From an uncultured Christensenellaceae bacterium (GTDB lineage Bacteria > Bacillota > Clostridia > Christensenellales > CAG-314): DNA of 64,000 bases. Of the stretch, positions 30,584-39,563 are shown one piece after another. Each line of letters opens with the position of its first letter. Positions within the stretch are counted from its first letter, which is position 1. The stretch covers positions 7,157-71,156 of the forward strand of contig CAJUIV010000006.1 of the NCBI GenBank assembly GCA_910586905.1, in the 5' to 3' direction. A program made the translations under genes and the position numbers. The notes beneath the pieces were generated by a model that worked only from the letters and a program-made list of their open reading frames with translations, was not told the origin of the DNA and searched no databases.

Positions 30584-31513
30584 TTACTTCTTTTCAAATA
30601 TTCTAAGTTTAGCGCTTTGAGAACGCGGATTCATTTGCCGTTCAGATTCGCTTGGAATCATCGGTTTTCTGTTAACCAAAATTCCTTTAGCTTTGTGATT
30701 GCATACGCATACCGGTAAATTCGGAGGACATATACAGTCGGTTACAAAATCGGCAAAGCAATGTTTAACGATCCTATCCTCTAAAGAATGAAAAGTTATC
30801 ACTGCCAATCTGCCGCCGACGTTCAAACGGTCGGAAGCGGAATTCAGAAATTCCTCCAGTCCGTCAAGTTCTTTGTTTACTTCTATCCGCAATGCCTGAA
30901 ACGTTTTTTTCGCCGGATGAGAGCCTTTTTTTATTGCGCCGCGAGGTATCGATTTGTCGATAATGTCAACTAGCTGTCCGCAGGTTTCTATCGGTTCTTT
31001 CGCACGCGCGGCTATTATTTCTTTAGCAATCTTCTTTGCAAAAGATTCTTCTCCGTAGTCGCGTATAATGGTAAACAATTTGTACTCATCATACGTGTTA
31101 ACAATTTCTTTTGCGGATAAGCTTTGAGAACAATCCATTCTCATATCCAACGGTGCGTCGTTAGCCATATACGAAAAACCGCGTTCCGGATTATCTATCT
31201 GATAAGAACTTACGCCTAGGTCTGCCAATATTCCGTCAACCTTGTCGATGCTCAAATCGTTTAAAATACCGTCCAGCTCTTTAAAATCGGAATGAACAAA
31301 TATTACTTTGTCGGATTTTAAACGCTGTTTGCAAACCGAAAGCGCTTCTTCATCTTTATCTATACAAACAAGCTTTCCGTCGACAATCCGCTTCAGTATC
31401 TCGCCGGAATGTCCTCCTCCGCCCGCGGTACAATCTACGTATACGCCGTTGGGTTTGATATCGAGAGCGTCGACGCTTTCGTTAAGTAAAACAGATTTAT
31501 GAGAAAAAATCAT
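30584..31513 (-). CDS. rsmH: 16S rRNA (cytosine1402-N4)-methyltransferase
   Basis: HKSVLLNE, DCTAGGGGHS, SFHSLEDRIVK. Confidence 0.95.
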   Translation of the reverse strand: MIFSHKSVLLNESVDALDIKPNGVYVDCTAGGGGHSGEILKRIVDGKLVCIDKDEEALSVCKQRLKSDKVIFVHSDFKELDGILNDLSIDKVDGILADLGVSSYQIDNPERGFSYMANDAPLDMRMDCSQSLSAKEIVNTYDEYKLFTIIRDYGEESFAKKIAKEIIAARAKEPIETCGQLVDIIDKSIPRGAIKKGSHPAKKTFQALRIEVNKELDGLEEFLNSASDRLNVGGRLAVITFHSLEDRIVKHCFADFVTDCICPPNLPVCVCNHKAKGILVNRKPMIPSESERQMNPRSQSAKLRIFEKK

Positions 31514-31959
31514 TTAGTCATCGCCTTGTGCAAGTTACTATACAAATCGTTTAAACCTGCGGGAGAATGGTCTTGATTATTACGACGGGCGAGATAACGT
31601 TCTTCGCTCCATATTTCCACTCGAGATATTGCGCCGACAATTCTTACGTCTTTTTTTATACCGCTTATTTCGAGTAAATCTTGTGGAATCATAAATCTTC
31701 CTTGAGAATCGGCTTCTACCGTTGCGGCGTATTCGGCGATACTGCGTATCCACTCGGCTAACGCAGGGTCGAAAGACGAGCCCATATCTTGAATGGTTTG
31801 GAGCATTTTTTGCTGTTCGTCGGCGCCGTAGACAAAAATACAGCCGTCCATTCCGGGCATAAGTATATAGTTGCTGCCCATTTGTTCGCGGTACTTCGCG
31901 GAAAGACGTATTCTGTTTTTGTCATCCAACGTATGCTGTTGATTGCCGACTAAAAACAT
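31510..31959 (-). CDS. mraZ: Transcriptional regulator MraZ
   Basis: MFLVGNQQHTLDDKNRIRLSAKYR, with a second SpoVT/AbrB-like half containing DSQGRFMIP. Confidence 0.9.
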   Translation of the reverse strand: MFLVGNQQHTLDDKNRIRLSAKYREQMGSNYILMPGMDGCIFVYGADEQQKMLQTIQDMGSSFDPALAEWIRSIAEYAATVEADSQGRFMIPQDLLEISGIKKDVRIVGAISRVEIWSEERYLARRNNQDHSPAGLNDLYSNLHKAMTK

Positions 31960-31991
31960 TAAAATATACTCCTCGATTTTTTCGTAACCTT

Positions 31992-32037
31992 ATTCTAGCA
32001 CATTATTTAACCATTTTCAACCATTTTTAACCATTTT
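31992..32037 (-). promoter_or_regulatory. dcw promoter overlapped by three direct repeats (candidate MraZ operator)
   Basis: Minus strand reads aaaaTGGTTaaaaaTGGTTgaaaaTGGTTaaataatgtgcTAGAAT. The repeats start at 32037, 32028 and 32017 with a 10-bp period. TTGAAA, a 17-nt spacer, then TAGAAT. Confidence 0.6.
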
Positions 32038-32296
32038 ATTAAAAAAATATTATTTTTAATTGATTTCGACAATTTAACTCTTACAAAAACAAACTATTAC
32101 GCTATTTTACAGCGCTTATCGTCGAATTTTGAAGATAAAAATAAAATCGCCCGTAAAGCGAAAAAACACTAACAAGCGAATACTGAATTATTTATGTTAT
32201 AAAAATATTTAAAACTATAGCGTTACCGTAAACGAAAATACAATAAAAACCGACGCTTTAATACTTAAAAAAATAAATATTTCAATACTTTTTAAG

Positions 32297-32992
32297 TTAT
32301 ATTATTCGCGTAAGTTTATTACCCGTCAAATCGCAACTGGTAAGATAAAAATTTATGCCGAACTTTTTAAATTGTAAATTAGCCCTGCAATCTTTACCGT
32401 GCAAATGCCCGTAAACTACCGTATCTATATCGGCAAGAACAAACTGTTTAGTAAATTCCGATTCGTCGTAACGTCCGTTAAACGGAGGGAAATGCGTTAT
32501 TGCTATCACTTTATCAGTCGGTTTGCGCTGTTTTTGCATTGACGCTATCGACAACTTTAAACGCTCTATTTCACGCAGATATATTTTTTTATCTTCCGCC
32601 GTCAAATTGTCGCCGTCGGGACACGTCCATCCGCGCGTTCCGCATACCAAAATGTCGCCGAAACGCAAGCAATCGTTTTGCAATGCATAAAACCCTTTCG
32701 GTATCAAACTTCTTACCTGCGACAAAGTATTCCACCAATAATCGTGATTACCGCGAAGTATAACCTTACTCCCCGGCAAATCCGCCACTCTTTCGAAATC
32801 CGGCAAAGCGTCTTCCATACGCATTGCCCACGAAAAATCCCCGGGTAACAGTACTACGTCTTCGTCGGTAACTTTTTCTTTCCAATCGGCAGAAATCAAT
32901 TCGAAATAGTTTTCCCACGCCTTGCCGAAAATATCCATTGGCTTTCCGCACACTGTGGATAAATGCAAGTCGCTTATCGCATAAACTTTCAT
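32297..32992 (-). CDS. Metallophosphoesterase
   Basis: Calcineurin-like motifs DLHL, GDFSW, GNHDYWW and GHLHG. Confidence 0.8.
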   Translation of the reverse strand: MKVYAISDLHLSTVCGKPMDIFGKAWENYFELISADWKEKVTDEDVVLLPGDFSWAMRMEDALPDFERVADLPGSKVILRGNHDYWWNTLSQVRSLIPKGFYALQNDCLRFGDILVCGTRGWTCPDGDNLTAEDKKIYLREIERLKLSIASMQKQRKPTDKVIAITHFPPFNGRYDESEFTKQFVLADIDTVVYGHLHGKDCRANLQFKKFGINFYLTSCDLTGNKLTRII

Positions 32993-33035
32993 AAATAGAT
33001 TGTATCACAATAAAATTTGTTTGTCTATTTATAAG

Positions 33036-33251
33036 TCAGTTATTTTTATTCCGCTTGGCGCGGCACTGCGCGCACATAATTTCATCTATTCCGATAGGAT
33101 TTTTATCGCAATAAGGACAAATCAATTCGTCGTAATCTTCGTCGTCGAAAATACTTTTCTTTCTATCAATTTCGTCCCGACAGACCTTACAGATTTCTTC
33201 GTCTAGCAGTATATAATTAAGCCCGCAGCGCGGACACTTTTTGTATTTCAT
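33036..33251 (-). CDS. Hypothetical double zinc-ribbon protein
   Basis: 71 aa with four CxxC pairs (CPRC, CKVC, CPYC, CAQC) and an acidic linker. SD ggag. Confidence 0.6.
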   Translation of the reverse strand: MKYKKCPRCGLNYILLDEEICKVCRDEIDRKKSIFDDEDYDELICPYCDKNPIGIDEIMCAQCRAKRNKNN

Positions 33252-33276
33252 AACAAAAACTCCAAAACTCTCATTT

Positions 33277-33304
33277 CAAGTTATGAAATAGCTCTTATAA
33301 GTGT
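33277..33304 (-). promoter_or_regulatory. Weaker AC-N17-CATAACTTG motif upstream of the zinc-ribbon ORF
   Basis: Minus strand has AC (33304-33303), a 17-nt spacer, then CATAACTTG (33285-33277). Confidence 0.25.
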
Positions 33305-33381
33305 TACTGACAATTTCAAATAGTTATTATTTATAACTCAACCGCTACCCGAACATAAAGAAATGATTATACTTGCACTCT

Positions 33382-33413
33382 AAAAGGAAAAGCCGCGGCT
33401 TTACAGCCGCGAC
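33382..33413 (-). terminator. Terminator after the 214-aa ORF
   Basis: GC-rich hairpin gccgcggct / agccgcg followed on the minus strand by a T-rich run. Confidence 0.55.
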
Positions 33414-33428
33414 CGATTCTCAACAGTT

Positions 33429-34073
33429 TTAGTTGTTATTTGTCGTAGTAGTACGTCCGCCCGGATAAAGCGGCAGTTCGAAATAGCCGGAGCATACTTC
33501 TTCGGTATACTCTTGGCACGGCGGTATTACGGCGTATCCGTAACTCGGAACTATCAACTCAACGTCCATTGTAACCTTGAGTATTGCCGTTACGCAGCAG
33601 TTAATTACAAAAATGTAGTAAGTTACGCCGTCGATAACCTGCGTTTGACTGTATTGTCCTTCGGGACTGACAGCCGATACGCTCGCTTCGATACGGTAAG
33701 GAATTATGGACGGTTCGGGAAGGAACATAACTACGTCGACAGGGACGGTTACGGTACCGTTTCCGCTGCCTTCTACATTATTGTTGTCTATGTAGGTTAC
33801 TTCTACTGGAACGACGATATCCGCTTCGACGCGCCCGTATTTGGGACGTTCCGCAAGACGCTCCACTACTAAATTTTCCACGCCGCCTTTCGTTGTCGTG
33901 CTCTTACAGCTGACAAACCTCAAAGGCGTAGCGGGATTAGGCGGATTTACATCCGAAACGCTAACGGTGATTTGCTGCAATGTCGTTTGCTTCATACAAG
34001 CATCGAAAACTTTTTTACCTTGAATACAGATTTTTTCGCTGCAATTGTTGCCATCTAAATTATTTACCGGCAT
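33429..34073 (-). CDS. Hypothetical 214-aa protein (candidate spore-coat/exosporium component)
   Basis: Strong SD aggagg. Beta-rich, Cys-containing sequence (NCSEKICIQGKKVFDAC ... NCCVTA ... PPCQEYTEEVCSGYF). I recognise no family. The function is inferred only from the promoter motif and composition. Confidence 0.6.
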   Translation of the reverse strand: MPVNNLDGNNCSEKICIQGKKVFDACMKQTTLQQITVSVSDVNPPNPATPLRFVSCKSTTTKGGVENLVVERLAERPKYGRVEADIVVPVEVTYIDNNNVEGSGNGTVTVPVDVVMFLPEPSIIPYRIEASVSAVSPEGQYSQTQVIDGVTYYIFVINCCVTAILKVTMDVELIVPSYGYAVIPPCQEYTEEVCSGYFELPLYPGGRTTTTNNN

Positions 34074-34098
34074 TTTAAACCTCCTATAATAGTTAGTA

Positions 34099-34126
34099 TA
34101 TAGTATGAAGATGCTGGTTAAAATGT
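34099..34126 (-). promoter_or_regulatory. AC-N17-CATACTATA motif (sigma-K-like promoter candidate)
   Basis: Minus strand has AC (34126-34125), a 17-nt spacer, then CATACTATA (34107-34099), 25 nt upstream of the ATG. Confidence 0.45.
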
Positions 34127-34272
34127 GAACGCAAACAAAACATTTTATTGCAACTTCATCTCAAGGTATATTATTCATAATTTTAAAATTATGATACTTA
34201 AAATTATTAATAAAAAAAACGCCTGAAACATCTCCAAGCGTTTATACTCTTCGCATATTAAGTTTTATATTT

Positions 34273-34860
34273 TTATTCTAAATCGAAATGATAAAATCTG
34301 TCTTTCATATGACCGAAATAGAAAGTAATAAGCTCCCTTGCGTTACGTTCTTGTGTTTCGGTAGAATCTTCGTTGCGCAAAATTTTAAACAAACTGTTTA
34401 AAAATCCTTCCGCTATAGCGTTATAAAAATCGGGATTTTTGATTTTCTTGTCGATTTCGGGGAAAGACCCCTCCATCATTTCTTTTATCTTTGCAGAGAT
34501 AACTCCGGTTATGTAATCTATAAACGTCTCGTAATGCACACTGTTTCCCTTACGGATTATAAGCAGTTCGTCGCTGTACTGCATCAAAAAACTTATAAGA
34601 ACTTCCGAAACCTCTTTCATACTTTTATCGGTAAAGATAAAATCACGTTCAATTCCTTGTTTTACGCTTTCCATGAAAGGATTTATTACCGCAAAATACA
34701 ACGCTTCCTTATTGGAAAAATATCTGTAAATATTTCCTAAAGAAATTTCCGCATTGTTTGCAATATTTCTAATAGAGGCGTTGGCGTATCCGTTTTCTTT
34801 AAACTCTTCTACCGCCGCAGCTAAAATCCTGTCTCTTATTTCTTTTTTTAAGTACTGCAT
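34273..34860 (-). CDS. TetR/AcrR-family transcriptional regulator
   Basis: N-terminal HTH AAVEEFKENGYANASIRNIANNAEISLGNIYRYFSNKEAL. Confidence 0.85.
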   Translation of the reverse strand: MQYLKKEIRDRILAAAVEEFKENGYANASIRNIANNAEISLGNIYRYFSNKEALYFAVINPFMESVKQGIERDFIFTDKSMKEVSEVLISFLMQYSDELLIIRKGNSVHYETFIDYITGVISAKIKEMMEGSFPEIDKKIKNPDFYNAIAEGFLNSLFKILRNEDSTETQERNARELITFYFGHMKDRFYHFDLE

Positions 34861-34955
34861 AAAAACCCCGACTTTTTTGCTGTACTTATTGTATCATACT
34901 ATCATTCGCTTTGCAACCTGTTTAATTAAAAATTGCGAACTTTTTTCATTTTTGA

Positions 34956-35684
34956 TTAGTAAGCGCACTCTAGCAGCATTTTATCCGCAAGAAGAGCAAT
35001 AAACTCTCCGTTTGTCGGTTTTTCAGAAGAATTGTACACTTTAACTCCGAAAATATTATTAATATTTTCTATTTTGCCTCTGTTCCAAGCAACTTCGATT
35101 GCATGGCGAATCGCTCTTTCCACCTTGCTTGAAGTAGTATCGAAGCGCTTTGCGATAGATGGATATAAACTTTTGGTAATCGCGTTAATAATAGGAGGAT
35201 TATCTACGGCAAGTTTTATGCCTTCACGCAAGAATTGATAGCCTTTTATATGCGCGGGAATACCTACGCTTACAAAAATGTTGCTGATACGTTCGTCAAG
35301 AGTTTTTTCGGAAACGCTTTTTTTGCGCACTACTTTTCCGCCCAAACGGTCTCCATCAAACACGTTGCGTATACGTTGTTCCAAAACGTTGTATTCTAAA
35401 GGTTTTACCAAATAATACTTTGCGCCAAGCTCAAGCGCTTTTATTACGAATACTTCGCTTTTTAGTTCCGACGCTATGATAAATTTTACGTCGCGGTACT
35501 TTTCGAGTAATGCAAAACCGTCCTCGCCGCTCATAACCAATTCGCTGATAACTACGTCCGGCGAAGAGGCGTCCAAACATTGACGGGCGTTTTTACCGTC
35601 CGCATCGAATACAACTTTAAAATCTTCGTTTTCTTCCAACTTTTCTTTAAGTCCTTCTTGTCCAATCAATCCTATCGTAATCAC
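34956..35684 (-). CDS. spo0A: Sporulation master regulator Spo0A homolog with an atypical receiver domain
   Basis: C-terminal domain carries the Spo0A signatures GIPAHIKGYQFLREGI and SKVERAIRHAIEVAWNRG...KPTNGEFIALLADK. GTG start with AGGAGG upstream. The receiver domain is degenerate (see findings). Confidence 0.85.
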   Translation of the reverse strand: MITIGLIGQEGLKEKLEENEDFKVVFDADGKNARQCLDASSPDVVISELVMSGEDGFALLEKYRDVKFIIASELKSEVFVIKALELGAKYYLVKPLEYNVLEQRIRNVFDGDRLGGKVVRKKSVSEKTLDERISNIFVSVGIPAHIKGYQFLREGIKLAVDNPPIINAITKSLYPSIAKRFDTTSSKVERAIRHAIEVAWNRGKIENINNIFGVKVYNSSEKPTNGEFIALLADKMLLECAY

Positions 35685-35804
35685 CGTTAACTTTCCTCCT
35701 AAAAATTGTAAGTATATTGTAACACAGTGATATATGTAATTTTCGTGAATAAATTGTAGGAAAAATTGTATTTTTGTCGAAAAAAGTATAATTATACTAA
35801 GTAA

Positions 35805-35839
35805 AGAAAAAAAATAAACCGCAATAAATTTTTGCGGTT
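35805..35839 (-). terminator. Terminator upstream of the spo0A promoter region
   Basis: aaccgcaa / ttgcggtt hairpin followed by a long T-run on the minus strand. Confidence 0.6.
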
Positions 35840-35861
35840 AACAGTTAAATTCTATAACGGA

Positions 35862-36245
35862 TTATTCGTCGGACTCGCCGTTTATTTGTGCTTGATTCAA
35901 CTCTTCGCTATCGTTTACATCCGACACATCGTACTCGATATTTTCCTTTGTTGCTTCTTTAAATTTTTTGATATCAGTTAAAATACATATATAAAAAGAC
36001 TTATCTATTACAAATATTATAGACTTGCAAATTACGTTTACTACAACATTTAAAATCGGTATCCAACAAAAAATCATATTTACAAACGTTAAAATCATTT
36101 CGACGGCGAACATTGTCGCATAAATAGGAATCCCTACCAATAAGCATAACGTTTTTGCGACGCAATAAAAAAAGTTTTTATTCGTAAAATTAAATATCCA
36201 ATGCAAACGCAATTTGTAGTATTGTTTCATATCTAACGCATCCAT
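35862..36245 (-). CDS. Hypothetical small membrane protein with an acidic C-terminal tail
   Basis: Three hydrophobic segments and the tail DVSDVNDSEELNQAQINGESDE. The start is ambiguous (TTG 36263, ATG 36245 or ATG 36230) and there is no clear SD. Confidence 0.45.
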   Translation of the reverse strand: MDALDMKQYYKLRLHWIFNFTNKNFFYCVAKTLCLLVGIPIYATMFAVEMILTFVNMIFCWIPILNVVVNVICKSIIFVIDKSFYICILTDIKKFKEATKENIEYDVSDVNDSEELNQAQINGESDE

Positions 36246-36393
36246 ATTTTTATTGTACCGCAAATATACAATGCTGTCAAGTATGGAGCGTAAAAGCGTT
36301 TTTTTACATAAAATATAAAAATATATTAGAATAAATACTTAAATCTATTGACAACGTTGCAAAACAAAACTAAAATAAAAGTATCTAAATAAT

Positions 36394-36575
36394 CCGGTAG
36401 GTGAGGCTACCACTGGGATATGGGTTGCTACCGACTTAGACGAGGAGACTCGTTGAGTAAGGTCAGCAGGTAATGTCGAAACCAAGGCATAATCTAACGC
36501 AACTACACCGCCCCGTGATGCTAAAGCTTGTAATGGTTGGACGTTCGTTTCCGTCTTGAAAGAAACGTTTTACTC
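36394..36575 (+). promoter_or_regulatory. M-box (ykoK) magnesium riboswitch
   Basis: Conserved blocks GGTAGGTGAGGCT, AAGGC, TAACG, CCCCGTGATGCTAAAGCT, then a hairpin cgtttc...gaaacg plus TTTT (36546-36571). Directly upstream of mgtE. Confidence 0.85.
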
Positions 36576-36660
36576 TGCGACTGTTACAAGGCGCAGTTTT
36601 TTATTGCACCGCATAGATATCGAATTAAAAGTACTACGTCTTTTGACAAAGGAGGTTACG

Positions 36661-38034
36661 ATGGAATACAAAGAATTATCCGAACTAGTAGATAAAGTGT
36701 CCGTATTTTTGCAAGAAAAAAATTTCAGAGCTATAAAACCGTTACTCGAAGATGAAAAGCCACAGGACGTCGCTCTGCTTCTGGAAGAACTGCCCGACAA
36801 AGATATGCCTCTTGTTTTCCGTCTGCTGAGTAAAGAACTTGCCGCAGATACGTTTGTAGAAATGTCTACCGATAGTCAAGAAATGTTGCTCAATATCTTT
36901 ACGGATACCGAACTAAAAGCTATTTTCGACGAAATGTTTTTAGACGATACGGTCGACATAATCGAGGAGATGCCGGCAAGCGTTGTAAAACGTATTATAA
37001 ACCAATCCGATGCGGAAACGCGCAATCAGATTAACGAAATTTTACAATATCCCAAAGACAGCGCAGGTACTATTATGACGGTTGAATACGTCAGTCTCAA
37101 AAAGAGTTGGACAGTGCATCAATGCTTTGAACGCATACGTAAAACCGCGCTAGATAAAGAAACTATTTATACTTGCTACGTAACGGATGAAAAACGTCAT
37201 CTTATAGGCCGAGTTACCGTAAAAGATTTACTGTTACACGAAAACAACGTTAAAATCGACGATATCATGGAAACGGAAGTTTTATCCGTCGAAACTACCG
37301 ATGACAAAGAGTACGTTGCGCAGCAAATTTCCAAATACGACCTTAACGCTATGCCCGTAGTAGATAAAGAGCAGCGTATTGTCGGTATAATAACAGTAGA
37401 CGACGTATTGGACGTAATAGAACAGGAAGCTACTGAAGACATAGCTAAAATGGCGGCGGTTACGCCATCTACCGATTCCTACCTAGAACAAAGCGTTTGG
37501 CAAATATGGAAGAACCGTATACCCTGGCTATTGCTGCTAATGGTTTCGGCAACTTTTACCGGACTTATTATCAACGCTTACGAATCTACACTATCGGCTT
37601 TGCTGTTCGCATGCGTACCTATGCTTATGGGAACGGGCGGAAATGCCGGTAGCCAAGCGGCGGTTACAATTACCCGAAGCCTTGCTATAGGCGAGGTACG
37701 CCCCGCAGACGTATTTAAGGTTATTTGGAAAGAACTAAGAGTTTCTTTATTGCTAGGCGCCGTACTTGCAATTGCGTGCTTTGCAAAACTGTATCTTCTT
37801 GACGGATTAGCGTTTGGAAACCCTTATACTTGGGAAGTGTGTCTAACCGTTAGTATCGCTTTACTTATAACAATCGTAATCGCAAAGCTCATCGGATGCC
37901 TTATGCCCATACTTGCAAAAGTTTGCCGGCTCGACCCCGCTGTTGTTGCAAGTCCGTTTATTACCACAATAGTAGATATCCTTTCGCTTGTTATATATTG
38001 TTTGATAGCGCAAAGCGTTCTACCGGCAATATAA
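36661..38034 (+). CDS. mgtE: Magnesium transporter MgtE
   Basis: MgtE N-domain, two CBS domains and a 5-TM C-terminus (GTGGNAGSQA, PFITTIVD). The ATG at 36661 follows aaggagg. The tracked upstream extension overlaps the riboswitch. Confidence 0.95.
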   Translation: MEYKELSELVDKVSVFLQEKNFRAIKPLLEDEKPQDVALLLEELPDKDMPLVFRLLSKELAADTFVEMSTDSQEMLLNIFTDTELKAIFDEMFLDDTVDIIEEMPASVVKRIINQSDAETRNQINEILQYPKDSAGTIMTVEYVSLKKSWTVHQCFERIRKTALDKETIYTCYVTDEKRHLIGRVTVKDLLLHENNVKIDDIMETEVLSVETTDDKEYVAQQISKYDLNAMPVVDKEQRIVGIITVDDVLDVIEQEATEDIAKMAAVTPSTDSYLEQSVWQIWKNRIPWLLLLMVSATFTGLIINAYESTLSALLFACVPMLMGTGGNAGSQAAVTITRSLAIGEVRPADVFKVIWKELRVSLLLGAVLAIACFAKLYLLDGLAFGNPYTWEVCLTVSIALLITIVIAKLIGCLMPILAKVCRLDPAVVASPFITTIVDILSLVIYCLIAQSVLPAI

Positions 38035-38052
38035 TAGTTATTGTAAGATAAT

Positions 38053-38083
38053 ATACCGCCGTCAATTATGTTGACGGCGGTAT
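38053..38083 (+). terminator. Hairpin after mgtE
   Basis: Perfect 13-bp arms ataccgccgtcaa / ttgacggcggtat. The T-run is weak. Confidence 0.55.
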
Positions 38084-39099
38084 AGTCAAAATTTGAACTT
38101 GCTACTTGCTTTTTATCTACTACCGATACTAAACTTTCGAGTTACAAGTATAAATCGGAAAACAACATACGCTTGACATTCCCAGTCCGATAATAAATAT
38201 ATTTAAACGCTAGGCTTCTGACTATACTATATAAATATTTATCATTCTATTATTTATAGTATTCTGTCAATACGATATAAGATAATTTAAACGGTATTTT
38301 TCCAAACAGTCTACATAAATTCAAAAACGTTCGATTTAAACGTTCCTCAGAATGACAAAATAGTATTTCAGTAGCGACAAATTCATCCGATAAAAAACTG
38401 AATAATCGACGGTTTATTTTGCAGTGAGCGCATCGCCTTCATTAACTATTCTATCTGTGCCACGCCGTTTTCAGTCAATAAGTCGTAAATAATTTGCGCC
38501 TCTGTAAACTTGATCTTTTCGTTGGTTATTCCGATCGAAACTTATTATATCGAGTGAAAATATATTACATGATTCTAATTTCATTAGTAGCTTTAATATA
38601 AGCGCGCGCTATCACAACTAACTAGTTTTCCTCCGTTTCTTCTGCACAATCTTATACCTTTTCCTATAAATTAACAAGATATTCATATCCTGAATTCAAT
38701 AAATTGGATTATAAAAATTCAACTTAATATCCACATAATTTTTAACAACGCGTCTAAATTAAAATAATAAAATCTATTATTACATTTTAGGAAACTAAAA
38801 ATTTACTATTAACAAATTACTTATTAAACTATATGGTGCTTTTCAGTATATTTTATCCATAATCATTTGACAGCGTATTTAATGCGCGTTTTGAATACGT
38901 TAAAATAATTTAACAATATTTATTTTAAACGTAAAAGTTCATTAAATTTCAATTCCGTTTAAAAATTGCGCAACAGGCTCATACTATAAAAAGTAGACAC
39001 TGTTGCCTATAAGATTACAGCTAAAATACCAATAAAAAACCGGTATGGAATCGTAATTTTATATTGTTATTTAAATATTATATTTTTTAAATAATTATG

Positions 39100-39128
39100 T
39101 TGACTTTTAGAGACAACAGTACTATAAT
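39100..39128 (+). promoter_or_regulatory. Sigma-A promoter of the cold-shock gene
   Basis: TTGACT, a 17-nt spacer, then TATAAT, leaving a ~100-nt 5' UTR as is usual for csp genes. Confidence 0.65.
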
Positions 39129-39233
39129 TTTATTGTAACGAATTCGGTGTGCGGTTACTGTCTTTTAACTTAATGTCTATTTGATATAACGTTTTACTCA
39201 TTCGATTACAAATTTCTTGGGAGGTACCAAAGT

Positions 39234-39443
39234 ATGACAGGTACGGTAAAATGGTTCGATTCTGGCAAGGGTTACGGATTTATTTCCAACGACGCGGGTG
39301 GCGACGACGTTTTCGTTCACTTTTCGGCAATTCAAGTAGAAGGCTTTAAAACGCTAAAAGACGGTCAAAAAGTTTCTTTCGATATTGAAGACGATACGAA
39401 AAACGGAAAACTTCGCGCAACGAACGTACAACCCATCGAATAA
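39234..39443 (+). CDS. csp: Cold-shock protein (CspA family)
   Basis: [15 protein letters not shown] (RNP1) and VFVHFS (RNP2). Confidence 0.95.
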   Translation: MTGTVKWFDSGKGYGFISNDAGGDDVFVHFSAIQVEGFKTLKDGQKVSFDIEDDTKNGKLRATNVQPIE

Positions 39444-39466
39444 TATATCTATAAGATACATTATTT

Positions 39467-39497
39467 AAGACGCAGAAAATTTTTCTGCGTCTTTTTA
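39467..39497 (+). terminator. csp terminator
   Basis: agacgcagaaaa / ttttctgcgtct hairpin plus a T-run. Confidence 0.75.
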
Positions 39498-39563
39498 TTA
39501 TTCATAGTATTATTTTTGAGTTAAAAACGATTCGGGCTGTAATAGCTCATTCAAAGTAATATT

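Noticed and set aside
32065-32071. Spo0A-box heptamers (TGTCGAA) upstream of mraZ (32065-32071, minus) and upstream of spo0A (35775-35781).
   Set aside because: Roughly eight copies of a 7-mer are expected by chance in this window. I mention it only as context for the Spo0A finding.
38725-38880. DnaA-box-like nonamers (ATATCCACA, TTATCCATA) in the ORF-free AT-rich region, which could suggest an origin.
   Set aside because: Each has a mismatch, there is no cluster, and dnaA/dnaN are not nearby. A perfect TGTGGATAA also occurs inside a CDS (about 32952), showing that chance matches are common.
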